Assembly (NCBI GenBank): GCA_013115125.1
Contig: JABANN010000089.1
Location: forward strand, 1-64,000
Length of the DNA stretch: 64,000 nt
Direction: 5' to 3'
Source: Perkinsus olseni
Lineage: Eukaryota
The translations under genes were made by a program, and so were the position numbers. Shown one piece after another: positions 10,678 to 28,082 of this stretch; within the stretch, counting starts at the first letter, position 1; the number at the start of each line of letters is the position of its first letter. The notes beneath the pieces were generated by a model. It saw only the letters and a program-made list of their open reading frames with translations. It was not told where the DNA came from and ran no database searches.

Positions 10678-13600
10678 ATGCCATCAACGCCTCACGGGTA
10701 CGTACGGCAAGAGTCTGATATCGACATCGAGGAGGCCTCTGATGACGATGATTCCGGCAGCGTCTATGAAGGCCCCAGTGCGGACTTCGTGGACCCGGCC
10801 ATGGTGCAGAGAGATGGCTGCTGTCAGCGGCTGTGCAGGTGCTTGTGCCCCAGAAGGAAGGTCAAGGAGACAGGCTTCCGACTGGTGCGTGCTGACGATC
10901 GACGAACTAATAGACCGATCGTTATTGATGAAGACGGTGAGATGAAGGTGAGCGGTGTGAAGTCTCACCCAACGTCTTGCATTCTTCGGGTAGCTCTGAG
11001 CTGTTAGGGTCGTCCTCTCAGTTCCTCCGGAAAGTCTCGAATGTTGTGGCCAGCACCAAGTACACGATTGTGTCGTTCGTGCCAATGGTCTTCGCCCAGC
11101 AGTTCAAGTTCTTCTTCAACTTTTTCTTCCTTGTCTTGGCTGTCACGCAGTCCCTACCACCACTACGGGTAGGGTCATGCCTCAGTCAGGACGCTGCGTC
11201 CAGACGCTGTGGCTCCTTCTTAGGTCGGCCCCATGTTCACCTATATTGGACCTCTCGTATTTGTGCTCATGTGCACTATGTTGAAGGAAGCGAGTGACGA
11301 TATCAAACGGTAGCTGCTTCATATTGCGGGTTCGACCCGATTGCAGGCGTCGAGTGAGGTTTCCCTGCCGTCTTTTCGTCCCGCGGTTTGTAGCACAAAC
11401 TTTGTATACTCATATTGGCCGTGAGTACGTCGTGCATTCGGTGGGCTCATTTTTGATGTTGTGTCGCGACTTTCACCGACGTGCCGTCCAAAGCGTCATG
11501 GGCTGCACATGGTCGGCGATGTTCAGATGGCGCCGCGATAAGGCAGTGAACAGTAAGAAATACACCAGGGTCAACACAGCCATTGGTGACCTCGAAAAGG
11601 TGGCAAGCGCCGATATTAAAGTTGGAGATGTTCTCCAGGTAGGAATTTCGTGGCGCGCGACAACTAGGAGATGGGGGGACTGCGGGAGTTCGAGTCAGGT
11701 TCTTACGAACGAGCGAGTCCCAGCCGATATGATATTACTGCGGACGGAGTTCGGGGAGCAGGAAGGGTCAAAGGATGGCCAAACCTACATCAGTAAGTGA
11801 AGTTCCATGGGCTAAGGATTCCTGTATGGCTATGAGACCGCGACCAGATGGATTCAGGATTCGATAGGCCACCGCACCTGGCGTCTATGATGTCCTCAGT
11901 GGGGGGGGGCAAGCGTTTAGCCTCTTCTAACTTTCTTACAGTACAAACGCTCGCCTTCAGGAACGGATCAGTTGGACGGCGAGAAGGATTGGAAGCCGCG
12001 GAAGGCCCCAGCGTTGACCCAGGACCTCGCGGGCTGGAGAGATCTCTGTGGGGATGTGCAGATATGTGCAAAGTAAGCGCATAAACCGTGGCCAGGGCGT
12101 TCAGCTGGGGCAGTCGCTCCGGTGGCGCCATCATCGATCTATTGAGAGCATGGAGTGCTCTATTGAGAGTATCGTAGAAGGAGGATTGGAGTGAGGATGT
12201 CTGGCCGCGCTGGAAACTATTATCAGTTGACAACGAGAATCTTGCATTGGAAAAATTCTCTCGCCCACTATTCAACACTCATACGTGACACGTGATTCAT
12301 ACGACCAAAGGCAGCGGAATCGATAGACATGGCGCGCACCTTGACAGGTTGTTATACCTTTCAGGGTAGAGGCTCCCCAGATGAGCATCTACAAGTTCCT
12401 GGGTCGCCTGTCCCTCCGCAAGTTGGGAGAGGACAGCGATGTGAAGAGCGAAGCCTTAGGACTTGAGAATACCCTCTGGGCTAACACTGTCGTCACGCAT
12501 GGTCCTGTGTATGGTTTGGTGGTCTACACTGGAGTAGACAGTCGTACCGTTATGAGCTATGACGATAACGCCTCCGATGACAAGACCTGTCTCCTTGACA
12601 AGCAAGTGGACTTCTGTGCTAAGGTAGTCCGCTGTGGTTTGTGTCTCCGGAACGATGGAAATTACCATAATAGGTTGCATACAGTGGTCGGGAGTTTGAA
12701 TTTAGTCAGATCTGTTCTTTCGTCGTAACAAGCGTCACTCCTGAGGAGTGGGCCACAACACTCAATGATGTACACTATTGCTTTGATGAGGATAATATAA
12801 AGGATATCACTGCGGGACTACGGTTGACTGCATCTCGTGTCCTGGGTTGCAGGCTTACAATATTCCTTCACAGTAGCGGGGGTAAGCCCCAGGAGTTTGT
12901 GTTATGAAGGGCTCTTGTCATATTTGTGGCCCGCCTAAGTCGCCCGGTGTTCCGCATCACCGTAGATAGGGTCTGCGTGCATGGTTCTAGAATCTTTTAA
13001 TTTGGTATGCTGTACTCAGGTATGCTTCGCTATACTCATCGGATTGTCATTTATGTTGGTACTATGTCGTGGCCTCAGAGGGCAGTGGTGGATCTTCCTG
13101 CTACGGTAGGTTGGAGATAGGAGGACTCGAGTAGCCACATTCTGGTCTTCTGAAGCGTATGGGCTGCACTCGTTATGCCAGTCTCTAACACAACCTATTT
13201 CTCGCCTTCGAGTCCTTTGTGATGATTTCGCGCTTTTCAGTAGCTTCGTAGAGCTCTCAGCACGGTGTCTCCTTTTTCTGATCGCAGTGCCGCCAAACGC
13301 TATCATTGTATAACTATGCAGGTACATCGTCCTTTTGTCGTATATCATCCCGATCTCTCTTCGTGTTAACCTTGATATGGCCAAGACGCTCTACGCTAGT
13401 AGGATTGGTAACGACTCTAAGATCCCCGGTACCGTCGCCCGCAATACAGCCATTGTGGAGGTACGTGGAGCTCCTTCCTGCTCACAGTTTCTAGGCCGAC
13501 TCTATCAGGACCTTGGAACAGTCGACTACGTGTTGACGGATAAGACGGGTACTCTCACGAAGAACGATATGCTTTTCAAAAAGCTTCGAGTCCCTGCGGG

Positions 13601-16600
13601 GGAATACAGCAGTGGCACAGATACACAGCAAGTCTCCTTGGTAGGGTGTTCTCTGCGCTCCGTCATCCTCTGTTGTTTTTCCCAATGGTGTGTGCAAGAA
13701 CGATACAGGGCCTGTTGCTGTTAGATGATAACAAGAGTACTTCGACGTATCTTAGCGGCTCGGCCCAGTCCGGGAACCTTCGGTCGGTCACCTGGTCAAC
13801 GAGGGCAGACAGAGGAGGAGTCGCAAGGGCTGGGTGAGTTGATTGCTCGCTAGGAGAAGGTCGGGATCGTTTCCGACTGTTGGTTGTTCAGAGCTGCTCA
13901 CCGCCATGGTGACGTTGGCGCTGTGTCACAATGTGACTCCAGTGGAGACCGCGGGGTCGGATGAGTGGACGCTGCAGGCGCCTAGCCCTGATGAGGCTGC
14001 TCTTGTGAAGTACGCTCGTGAATGTGGAATCAAACTTATAAGGAGGGATGATGATTCCATAGTAATAGCGATAGCCGATACGGGATCTGTATGGGGATTT
14101 TTGTGATAGCGGCTTCAATTCTCGTTCTTTGCAGATACTAGAATGTATGAACATCACTGGAAGGCCTCAACTGCGGTATGACATTATAGAGTGCTTTCCC
14201 TTCTCATCGGACAGAAAACGGATGGGTGTCATCGTCAAAGAAGAGGTGGGTGGTACGGCATCGAGGACGGAAAACCCAAGCTCATCTGTCAATCATCCTG
14301 ATCGCTCTGAGGCCATCTGTAACGTATCGTCAGATATCGGGTCAGTACGTGTACCTTATCAAGGGAGCTGATTCGGTGATGATACCTCGGGTAGCCGGCC
14401 ATGACAGCAACAACGCCTTCATGGAGGACGTCGTAGACGACTATGCGCGCCATGGTAAGGACAAGTAGTGCGCCTTGGCGTCTGAACAGCGCGAGGACCA
14501 CGGTAGGGGGTGTCAGAAAGTGCGTACCTTGGGCAGGTCTGAGGACACTGGTGGTTGCATTGAAGAGAATGACGGCTGAGTCTTGTGAGGAGTTTCAAGC
14601 CGCATACCGAGAGGCGGCATTGGACGTGAGTGAGCAGAGGGGAGATAAGCTGACAGCAATAGTGGATAGTTATCTGGAGACCAACCTCGATTTGGTAAGT
14701 CTATACGCGAGGGTCGCTGATAGGACCTATTCTGTCTAAGGTATGCTTGACTGGCGTGGAAGATATGCTACAGGATGACGTAGCCCCCGTTATCGAGAGC
14801 CTCCGAGTTGCGAAAATTAAGGTACTCGAACTGTCGTCACCGAATGAGCAGCGTTCGTTGACTGTCAAGGTATGGATGTTGACCGGTGACAAAATCGATA
14901 CGGCGATATGCATCGCTATTTCCACTGCGCTGAAGTCACCGGACCAACCGCTGCTGCGGCTCGAGGCCAGTCATGTGAGAATGGGATTCGCTCATCAATA
15001 CTGGGCAGGAGGACCAGCGCTCGTACCAGCGTCTCAAACCCATAGTTCTTACCAGGTGCACAGCGCCATCGACGCACTGTCAGACCTTCGCGAGGCCGGT
15101 AACGCGAAGTCGGAGGGCCTGAGTGATACTGTTGTTGTTATTGATGGCACGGTGAGCCACAAGATGCCGGGCTGTAGCACATGGAGACGGCCGCGTCAGG
15201 TCCTGGCAATGGTGCTGTCGGCGGGCCTGTACACGTCTGAGTTCGTGGAGCTGATTAAAGATGCTCCCGCAGTGGTATGCTGCCGTTGCAGTCCTTCGCA
15301 GAAGTCGGAAGTTGTTCGTGCTATCAAGAAGTAACCCTCAGCTTCCTGGCATGGATGCAATAGCCGCTCATATGCCTGGAGTCGCTCCATCGACTGAAAT
15401 CGTCGTGTGCCGCGACCCTGTCATTACTGTGTCGCTCTTGAGCTGTGGGTGCCAGGTATGATAACGGTCAGCGGACACTTGCAATCGGCGATGGCGGCAA
15501 TGACGTTGGTGAGCCGAGTTGCTTCGCTCCGCCCTCATGGAACTCTCTTCACCAGGTATGATCCAGGCTGCTGACGTTGGAGTGGGCATCGTGGGAAAGG
15601 AGGGCATGCAAGCTAGTCTTGCGGCGGACTTCAGCATTCAAGAATTCCGGTAGGTTGATGTTATTCAGTTCCTCCCAGCAGCTCCATTCCTGCAGATCCC
15701 TGCATCGGCTTCTACTGTGGCATGGGCGAAACTGTTACCTACAGTCAGCTCGAATGTCGCTCTTCGTTATTCATCGTGGCTTGGTCATTGCCGTTATGCA
15801 AGTTATCTTCTCGGCGATGTTCTACTTCATAGCCTTGCCGCTATTCCAAGGCTGGCTAATGATTGGATACAGCACGTATGAGCGGAACCCCCTACCCTCT
15901 TCCTCGCTATGACGTGCTCATTCTCAGATACTATACCACAGCGCCTGTGTTTTCACTATGTCTCTACACCGACCTCGAGGACACGGTCGTTTACCAGTAC
16001 CCGGAACTTTATGCAATTAGTCGCCGTGGACGGCAGATGTCTCTCAAGGCGTTCCTTGGATGGGTGTGGAAGTCTATCTATCAGGGCTCTGCTATAATGG
16101 TCCTCACTGTTATTCTTTTCGGCAACGAGCTGATAACGAGCTCTCTGGTGGCCGTTGCGTTCACGTCTCTGGTCATCAGCGAGCTGCTCAACGTTGCTTC
16201 TGAAGTGAGTGGTTCAGCGGGCGTCTCATCATCAATAAGTTAACGTCCCCTCAACAGGTCCATCCGAACTGGCACCCCCTGATGATCGTGGCGGAGTTGT
16301 TGAGCATAGTGATATATGTATACTCAATGTTCATCCTGCGCTCCTACTTCGACTTGGACACCATTTTTTCCATCGGTTTCCTTTGGAAAGTAGCCATAAT
16401 AACAGCTGTGAGCTGGATACCTGTAAGTATTCGTTGAAAAGGCTTTAACACCAGCGATCTATCAGCTTACGGGACTCTCACAACATAGGAATCCTGTCGA
16501 CTGGTAGCTCTCATTCGCATCGTCCCCCATGTTTGCGACCAAGATGCATGCACTCGACTTCCTCGTTATGGTTCCGTTTCTAAGTGACAGCCGATGCTGT

Positions 16601-16816
16601 AAGACGTCCTCGGAGATGTTTTCATAATATAAGGTACATGCGTGGAAGCAAATCCGTCGATGCTGTTGCCCGCCGCACCACCGGAAGCTGCTCCGAGCAT
16701 ATCAAAGAAGTGGAGGCCATAGACCGGAGAGAACACGCTACGTCTACCACGACCCGGAAAATGACAGCGTGGAGCTCTTGGCAACTACTACCACTGGAGA
16801 GTCGGCATCTGAGTGA
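10678..16816 (+). CDS. NEO1: P4-type phospholipid-translocating ATPase, ATP9/NEO1 class (multi-exon)
   Basis: Motifs [79 protein letters not shown] and C-terminal TM helices. Stop TGA at 16814-16816 is inferred. Confidence 0.92.
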
Positions 16817-17636
16817 ATTGATAATAGAGTATCATTTATGTAACCATTGGTCCTGTTTCACCATCTTTTTGTTAAGTCCCCCGGGATGACTTCTATGTGT
16901 TGTGTGATTTTAATGTGGGTAACAGTCCTGTAGTCTCCGAGTAGATCTACTATCAGGCCCGATGCCATGGATCTCACGCGTGCATACAAAACCTTAGCAC
17001 CCGTTACGGACTCGGAACGCACTGATCTAGGGAGCTTACAGGCTCGGGAGGAGCCATGTTGGCCTTCGTTATTTTGAGGTTCGTGCGTACTGTCCCGCGC
17101 AGAGAGGTTTTTGGCTCAGTGGTCATGACGAAGTGGGTCGTACGCTATTTTGAGGCTTTCAATGAGCACTTCGAGCAGCTTTGGGTGAGCGGAGGCGAAG
17201 CCTCTGTGTGAGGGACATCTTGGAGAACACACTCCTCGTTACCCGCGCGACTCTATCACTCGAACTGTGAAGTGCAGTGGTGTACGGCGTTCATCGCTGC
17301 GTTCGGCGCGAAACGAGTATTTCCTGAGTTCTCTTCTTGGAGAGCTCCTCTGTAGTACAGTTTCTGCACGACCGCAGCCATGCTTCGGCTCTCATTGAAG
17401 CAGATAGAACTTTCCGACCGGGCGTGGCGAAAATACATGCAAGTTAGCCGCCTTATGTAGTGTGACGCCGAAGCTTGTGCTCGCGTACACCTCCAATGCG
17501 ACCACTGTGTCTACGCCTCAGGGGAGTTTCCCGTCCAGTATCCTTTTTTGCCTGAGTATGCTCAATCGTGCTGAAGCTCAGCCTAACCTCAGTGCAGAGC
17601 TCTATGTTCTAAGCTTGTAATTGGTTAAGAATATCT

Positions 17637-19748
17637 ATGGCCGTCCAAACTGCTGCCGACTCTGTGCCTCCCCTGACTTCTCCCCTGCTCGAGGCAGGTC
17701 TAGCGAGCGATGTTGAAAAGCGCAGTAGGCTACCTAAGGGCAGCAAAGTACTGCTTGCTATCGCGGCCGCCACCTTGGTTGTCTCATTGATGGTGTACAT
17801 GACTGGAACACCTATCCGTTATCCCCCGATTGTTGAAGGTGATGCCGGCCATCGCAACGCTGAGGTTCAGGTTGGCATTGAGCAGGTCCTGGCAGTCTCG
17901 CGGAGAATGCTCAGAGGAGACTTGACCATACCGTGAACGATGCTGCCTTCCATATACTCATGAATAGGCCCAAGCTGTGTGACACGAGCGTCAATCAAGC
18001 CAGCGGCTACTTTGTCGTAGACGCAGCTTCGAACAAAAAGTATGATTTCAGCTGGCAAGGCCCTCCTTGGCCTCAATCGGTTGTCTGCAGGTACTTCTTC
18101 TGGTTCTTCGAGGCTCGTCACTCTCCTGAGACCGCCCCGACCACGTTCTGGCTGAGCGGGGGCCCTGGTGCCAGTTCTATGCTCGCTGTGAGCAACATTG
18201 CCTCTTCACCGGCACTTCACTTTGGTTCTCGCTCCAGCCTGCAGCCCTCCAATACTGCTTTTCAGTTACTAGCTGAGAATGGTCCGTGTACTGTGAACTC
18301 TGAGGGAACTGATACCATTTATAACCCCTATAGTTGGACAGAGGCCAGCAATATGGTTTGGGTTGACCAGCCTGCCGGTGAGCAATATCCATCATAGGCT
18401 GCTCACATTAGCCATCGTGTTGGATTACGCCTTAGGTACTGGTTTCTCTATTGGTGGCTCGTATGATGCTGACGAGGCAGAAGTTGGGCAAGATATGTAC
18501 CATTTCATGCAAACCTTCTTTAAGCACTTCCCGACCTACAACAAGGATGTCCACGTTGTCGGGGAATCCTACGGCGGCCATTATGTGCCCGCCGTCGTTA
18601 ACACAGTTGTGGAACACAACACTGAGCTCTCCATCGGCTTGGGTAGGTGCCAGCTGTTCTTGTGTGTCGGTGGATTGGTCGCAAGTTAGCTCCCAAGGGC
18701 CGCGTCCCGATTGACATGAAGGGAATGGCTATTGGCAACGGTATGACCAATACTATTGAACAAATTAAATGGTTGCCTAAAATGGTAAGCAGTCATCTTT
18801 TTTCTCGTACTGTTGTGACACTGCTTTACAGGCCTATGATTCCGGTACCGCTCCTTCTGTTGTGGATTTCGAAACCTATCAGAAGATGCAGTCCCGTGTT
18901 GATGGCGTTGTTGACGCGGTCGCTAAATGTGACAAGACTGGCGATAAAGATGTACGTGAGCATAGTTCGTGGTGCGTCGTTTCAGCCCCTTCTGAGCAGG
19001 TCTGTCAGACCGCTTGGAATGACTTCACTAAGGAGCTGATGGCTCCAGTAATGGAAGGCGGATACAACATGTAAGCAGTCTTTTGGTGGCTACCGTTTCC
19101 TCTGTCGAGGTCGCGCAGAAGTAGATAACGTCTTCAGGTACGATCTCCGTCTGAAGGGTCACTACAATTGGACCGGTATCAATACGTGGTTGAACAATCC
19201 GGAAATAAGACGCGAAATAGGAGCTGAGAAGGAATGGGAAGCCGTCAGTATTGAAGTGGGTCTCAGCCGCCATGGATGTAGCCTTGCCGCTTGCTTCATA
19301 TCAGGTTTACAAAACTCTCACTCCGAAGGATTTCCTCCAGACCTACGATAATTTGGTCCCGCCGCTGCTGGCAATGGGGCTTAAAGTTCTCATCTATGCT
19401 GGTGACCAAGACTATCCTTGCAACTGGCTCGGCAATAGGGCGTGGACCGAGAAGCTCGAATGGGACCACAGGGATGACTTCCAGCTAGCTCCTTATCAGC
19501 AGTTCATCGCCCCTGCTGTGGGACTTGATGGTGAGGGCGCTGCTGAGTCGCCACGCTGGTTCAAGCTGTTGTGCTGCTCAGACAATTCGATCACCGAGAT
19601 TATAGTGGGGTCCATGCGACACTTTAGGAACTTTGCGTTCCTTCGCGTGTCCAACGCTGGGCATATGGTCCCCATGGACAAACCGGCTGAGAGCCTTCAT
19701 ATGTTCGAAGAATTTCTGCGCGGCCGTGTACCCGAGGCCCTTTATTGA
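17637..19748 (+). CDS. Serine carboxypeptidase, family S10, with N-terminal membrane anchor
   Basis: Motifs FFWFFEAR, WLSGGPGASS, DQP, GESYGGHYVP, AIGNG, YAGDQDYPCNW and NAGHMVPMDKP. Confidence 0.93.
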
Positions 19749-19871
19749 GTTACGCCCTTGTCTTCTCACTATTGTACTGTATTATTCTTTCTTGTATAGC
19801 AGGCGCATAGAGCGTTCTGTCTTTCTGCTCGTCTCTGCGTGATGATGATGCTGTTGTTCTTTACTGCAGCC

Positions 19872-19905
19872 GTGGTCAGTCCTTATATGTGGTCAGTCCT
19901 TATAT
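19872..19905. repeat. 17-bp tandem duplication (GTGGTCAGTCCTTATAT x2)
   Basis: Read directly, downstream of the carboxypeptidase stop codon. Confidence 0.8.
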
Positions 19906-20482
19906 ACTCGTCGTTAATTACGTCGGTACGCATGGGATTTCTTCAACCAACTTGGTGTTGAGCCTTCAGTAACCCGCAGCACGCTGTCTAGCTACTGCGC
20001 GAGATTTTCACCGCGCGCCCTGATAATCGTAGGTCCAGAAGGCCTTGCCTGTCTCACTATGATGCTCGTGTGCGAGTCACTCGCAGCGAGTTCCGAAATA
20101 GTATAGCAACCGGCGCTGACAGAGGGGATAGGGGCTCGGTCCGGGTTTGACGGTGGACCCCATCTAGCTGCCACGGCACCTCGTAGAAAATACAGATCCT
20201 CATTTCACACGGCGAGTCGTTTGAATGCGCAATTCTACAGAGCACATGAGGTTCCCAGTTCCAGAGTCGAGGGCAAGGACGAGGTCCCCTACTAGGGCGT
20301 CGATGGAGATGAGGCCTGAGGTGCTCGAGTACGCCTTCCTCCGATGATGAATATCGATTCTGCTTCAGTCTAGCGGGGGAGCCTCTCGGGTGCAGAGAAA
20401 GAATGGCTCAGTGACACCCACTGGTCAGCTGGTTCGAGCACCACCTGGAGCCCTTAGCAGCGCCGATATATCTATCAACGGG

Positions 20483-24094
<3,612 letters not shown>

Positions 24095-24341
24095 CTTCAC
24101 ATGAGTTTCATGGCCCGCGACGACTGTAATTAGTATTATTAGCTGATAACATTCTCGGGTAGGCGTAGGAACTTCGTCGTCGTTACATCCTCATCGTCGT
24201 TATCATCGTCATCAGTACCTTCATCGTTATCGGGTTCCATATTACCCATGGTAACGGGTTCCTGCCTCGACCATCATTTGTTGCGCAGTCAATGGAGGGC
24301 TCAGTGATAGAGCAGTCGGCAGCTCCAGGGCTCTGATGGAA

Positions 24342-24372
24342 GCTTGACTGGGCTTGACTGGGCTTGACTGGG
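24342..24372. repeat. 10-bp tandem repeat (GCTTGACTGG x3)
   Basis: Read directly from the sequence. Confidence 0.8.
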
Positions 24373-24567
24373 TCGTTTCCCTGGGTGGGCTCACTGGACG
24401 ATGCCGTGGAATCTCACTATATTGTATATTGTAGAGAGGAGCCGCTATACTGCTGCAGCAAGTCCTTGCGCTCGGTCAGCGTCGTTCCGGTGGATTGGAG
24501 GTTAGTTGCGTGTCTGATGATTCGTCCGCCTGTCGGCAAGCCGAGGCCATTGGGAGTATCCTTTGCG

Positions 24568-26623
24568 ATGACGATGCGGTCGCAGAGCGAGATGAAGAGA
24601 AGACGCTCCTCGGAGGGATCTAATTCTGTGGCGAGTGACGGTTATGCGAGCAGCACTGCCAGTGGTCGCAGAGCGCTTACGCCAGTTCCGAGGCCGGTGT
24701 TGAGCAGCCCGAGAGTTCGGACGCTGTCCGGCATAGTGAGTCCACGTGGAGAGACAGTGAGGAGGCCCAAGAGTGCAAGTGACGAGCGAAGTAGGGGTAA
24801 AGGAAAGGGCCAACACAGATCTACGCCGAAGGGCGCAGCACGGGCTAAGGTCGATACGAATTTCCAACATGTCAAGCATCGCACTCCCGTCGCCGCCAGT
24901 TCGACACAGAAAGAACGCGGCGTTGCCCCTCGGGGTCCGGTCGGGACGACGCGACCCTTCAGTATGAGACTGGGTTCGAAAGAAAGTGTGGAGGGCAAGA
25001 GAACTAAGCCGATCCAGGCAGGAAGCATGAGTGGATCGAAGAAGGGCTGTGGCGCGCCTGCAGGCAATAGTACTACCGATCCAGAACAGCGGAACGGTCG
25101 GGTGGGCAGAGAAAAGGATGATTCCAACGATGGGATAACGGGGGGCTCCGGGATAGTTGAGATAGAGAAGGGCGATGTAGAAGCTGAGGCAACCCCAGGT
25201 GGTGATTTGACACTGGAGGAGCTCAGCCCTGTGGTGGCCGAGGAGAGTCGGTGGCAGAAGCAGGTTGATAGTTTAACGGTAGGAGAGGGACGGTTGGGTA
25301 TGTTGTTGGAGAGTGTTGTGACAGGCTGTGGTGGGAGAGAAGACAGAGCAGATAGAGGCGCTACGGAGGGAGATCAAGCAGCAGGAGGATGCCAATAAGG
25401 CGCGATGGGAGGAGATATCGTCCCTGAGGGCGGAAGTGGAGAGCAGCAAGAGTGCACTGAGGAAGGTTACGAGTGAGTGCTTCGATAGTGAGTACATAAC
25501 TGCAGTAAGACTGACCTGGTCCGAGATTCCTCGTAAGAAAAGTCTCACGGCTCAGGGGATCGGGTCGGACTCTCTCTGTCGTCCGCTCCCCTTTCTGAGT
25601 GATCCGCTGGTGCGCTCTTCTGCCCATGGTTCGAGATGTTGCCGACGGACACTCGGAAGGAGCTTTACCTCGTTACACGCGTGCGAGAGTACGCTGGCGA
25701 GCGCAGCTGCTCCCACATCGGACCGTGACCGACTAGGCCCTAGTGACACTAGGGGCTGATGAGTCCACTCCTAGCCCGCTGCCGCCACCAGACCGATGAC
25801 CCACCGTTTCGGTTCACGATGAGCGCTGATCGCGATTCGATCACTTGGTGAACTTTAGGTAGCTTGAAGAATCAGGTGAGAGCGCGGGAGGGGAGACTAC
25901 AAAGCTTGATGGATGAACTTGAGGCGAAGAAGCAGGAGATTTCTCAACTGACCACCGAGCTGGAAGAGGCGAGGCAGCAAGTCATCTACCAGCAGGAGCG
26001 GCAGAGTCAATTCGTCGCGACAGAGAGTGAGCATTCTTCCTCGAAGACCCGGGTGATGGCCATTATTTTGAAGGAGCTAGAGCGGACAAAATCGCAGAAA
26101 AACTTGAGCGGAGCGAAGCAGAGAGGCGGGCAGAGGTCCACGAACTCAACGTTTACTACCAACAAGCGGTAGCGGAATAATGTGGCGATGACGGGTGGGC
26201 TGATGGATCGGATGTCAGCTTCACGATCTGCGAACGCAGAACGCTGCCCACGAGGCGACCATCAAGCAACTGGATGAGAGCCTGGCTGATATAAAGAAGC
26301 TCCTATCGACCAAAGAAGAGGGTGAGCGGGCAGCGGAGTTGTTATGGGATTATCGTCACTTGTGATGCATGATTTGTTCGGTGGATTTTGGCTACCTAAC
26401 GCTTCTGCTGGATATGATGATTCTGAGCGATAGACGTGCAGGTAGATCGCGCTCCTACGACAGCCCAGGCCCGATCGGCCGAGGACAGTCCGTCACGGAG
26501 GAGCTCGAAAATCACCAGCCAGAGGAGAGTCCAACAGACAGAAGGCGGCGGAGCAGCGTGAAGGAGCGAATCAGAGAGCTGGAGGCTCTGAGTGGAGGGA
26601 GAACGTCGGGCAGTAGCAGGTGA
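24568..26623 (+). CDS. Hypothetical protein with a disordered S/R-rich N-terminus and a coiled-coil C-terminus
   Basis: A long ORF at 24364-25398 and heptad-rich exons (EQIEALRREIKQQE, LKNQVRAREGRLQSLMDEL) joined by GT-AG introns. The start is uncertain. Confidence 0.6.
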
Positions 26624-26710
26624 GTGCTCAGAACCACTGGACCCACTACACTTTCCCCTTCTACGTCTCTCGTGCACAGGGCTCAGTAGTCGTTGCTGGA
26701 GCCCACAACT

Positions 26711-27921
26711 ATGCAGGAAGCACAGTATCCTTCCCTCAGCTCAGCCTGCTCTTCCTCCGCCACCGTGCCTGGGACGTCAACGCCTATCCCCACCACTGCT
26801 ACTGTCACTGTTACTGGGCTTGACGATGCTCCCTCGTTAGTAGAGCAGGAGGAGCAGGAGGAGGCAAGCCTTGGCGGAGTACTGCTAGATCAAGCTCATG
26901 AATGCTTTACTGAGGCGGTAGGCATCTCTCTGGGTTCGGGTCGCTTCCTGGGTGGTGCACGCACTCTATAGCCTCGATGAGTGTGGCATGGTATATAGGA
27001 AGGGGGCGATAACAATCAAAAAAGAGGGAGGGGAAAACAAGATGAAAATACTAAAAAATGAGTATGATCTACTCTAGCGGTGACAGACTTTGCAGCAACC
27101 CTGTGCGGAGCAATGTTGATGCCCAGACGCTACAAGGGTTCTATACCGTTGTACGCTACTTCTCCCCAGCTTGAACTATGCAGCGAAGACAAGTTCACTC
27201 TGGCGATGGCAGTACTCGAGCAAGCTCTCGGTTACCTCTCTAATGGTATGCCGTGATGAGCCTTGGCGTGTTTGCTGTTGAGATCGTCAGGTACCAACGA
27301 GAGCCTCCGGGGGTATCTTGATAGTGATGACGATGCAAAGATGCTGCTATCCGATATATACGGCCAACAAGGAGTCTGCCAGCAGTCACTGGGGAATATC
27401 GATCAGGCGATCGATTGTTATACTCAAGCGGTTGACGTATGTAAATTCTATCCCGCTTGGATCAATCCCTCGCCATGAGCGGAGTAATGACGCTTGTCGC
27501 CCCTTTTCTTTGAGTCCGTTGTGTCGATCTCGAGAGACTTAGTGATCGAGAATATGCGTGAATCCTGCAAACGCGAACGAAACGGTTGACCCCCACCCTC
27601 GAATCATACTCTCCATTGCTATTATGAGCATGACAACGGCGAAGAGTATCGTCATCGGAGCGTCGGTTAGGTAGACCCCGAGGCCCATGCCTGCCACGCC
27701 AACCTCGCTGTGCTGCTCCTCTCGCGAGTTCCACCCCAGAGTGATGACCGGTGTCTCCTTAATCGAGCCAAGGAGCATCTCAATCGGGCGGTCCAGCTCG
27801 ACCCTGGCAACGCAGAGTAGACCGCGTCATAGCGATATGGGGATGCTTTTGAGGCCTTGGCAGATACAAGGAAATCTGGACAACGGTTGATGACATGACG
27901 ATACTCGTGGGGACGACCTAG
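26711..27921 (+). CDS. Small TPR-repeat protein
   Basis: TPR-like segments IYGQQGVCQQSLGNIDQAIDCYTQAV and DPEAHACHANLAVLL...AKEHLNRAVQLDPGN. Confidence 0.7.
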
Positions 27922-28082
27922 CCCTTCTCTAATTGCTGCTGTTATTCATCGTATAACGAGTCTCTGGTATACTACTATTCCTGCACTTTCCTACTGAGTT
28001 TGTCAATTGGAAAGTGTTGCTCATTTTCGCCAGCGGTTCACGGATGACCGACATGTTCCGGGCACCCCAGATCTCGCCACCG

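Noticed and set aside
17109-17121. Relic spliced-leader sequence (TTTTGGCTCAG)
   Set aside because: The match is too short and lacks the 5' CCGTAGCCAT part.
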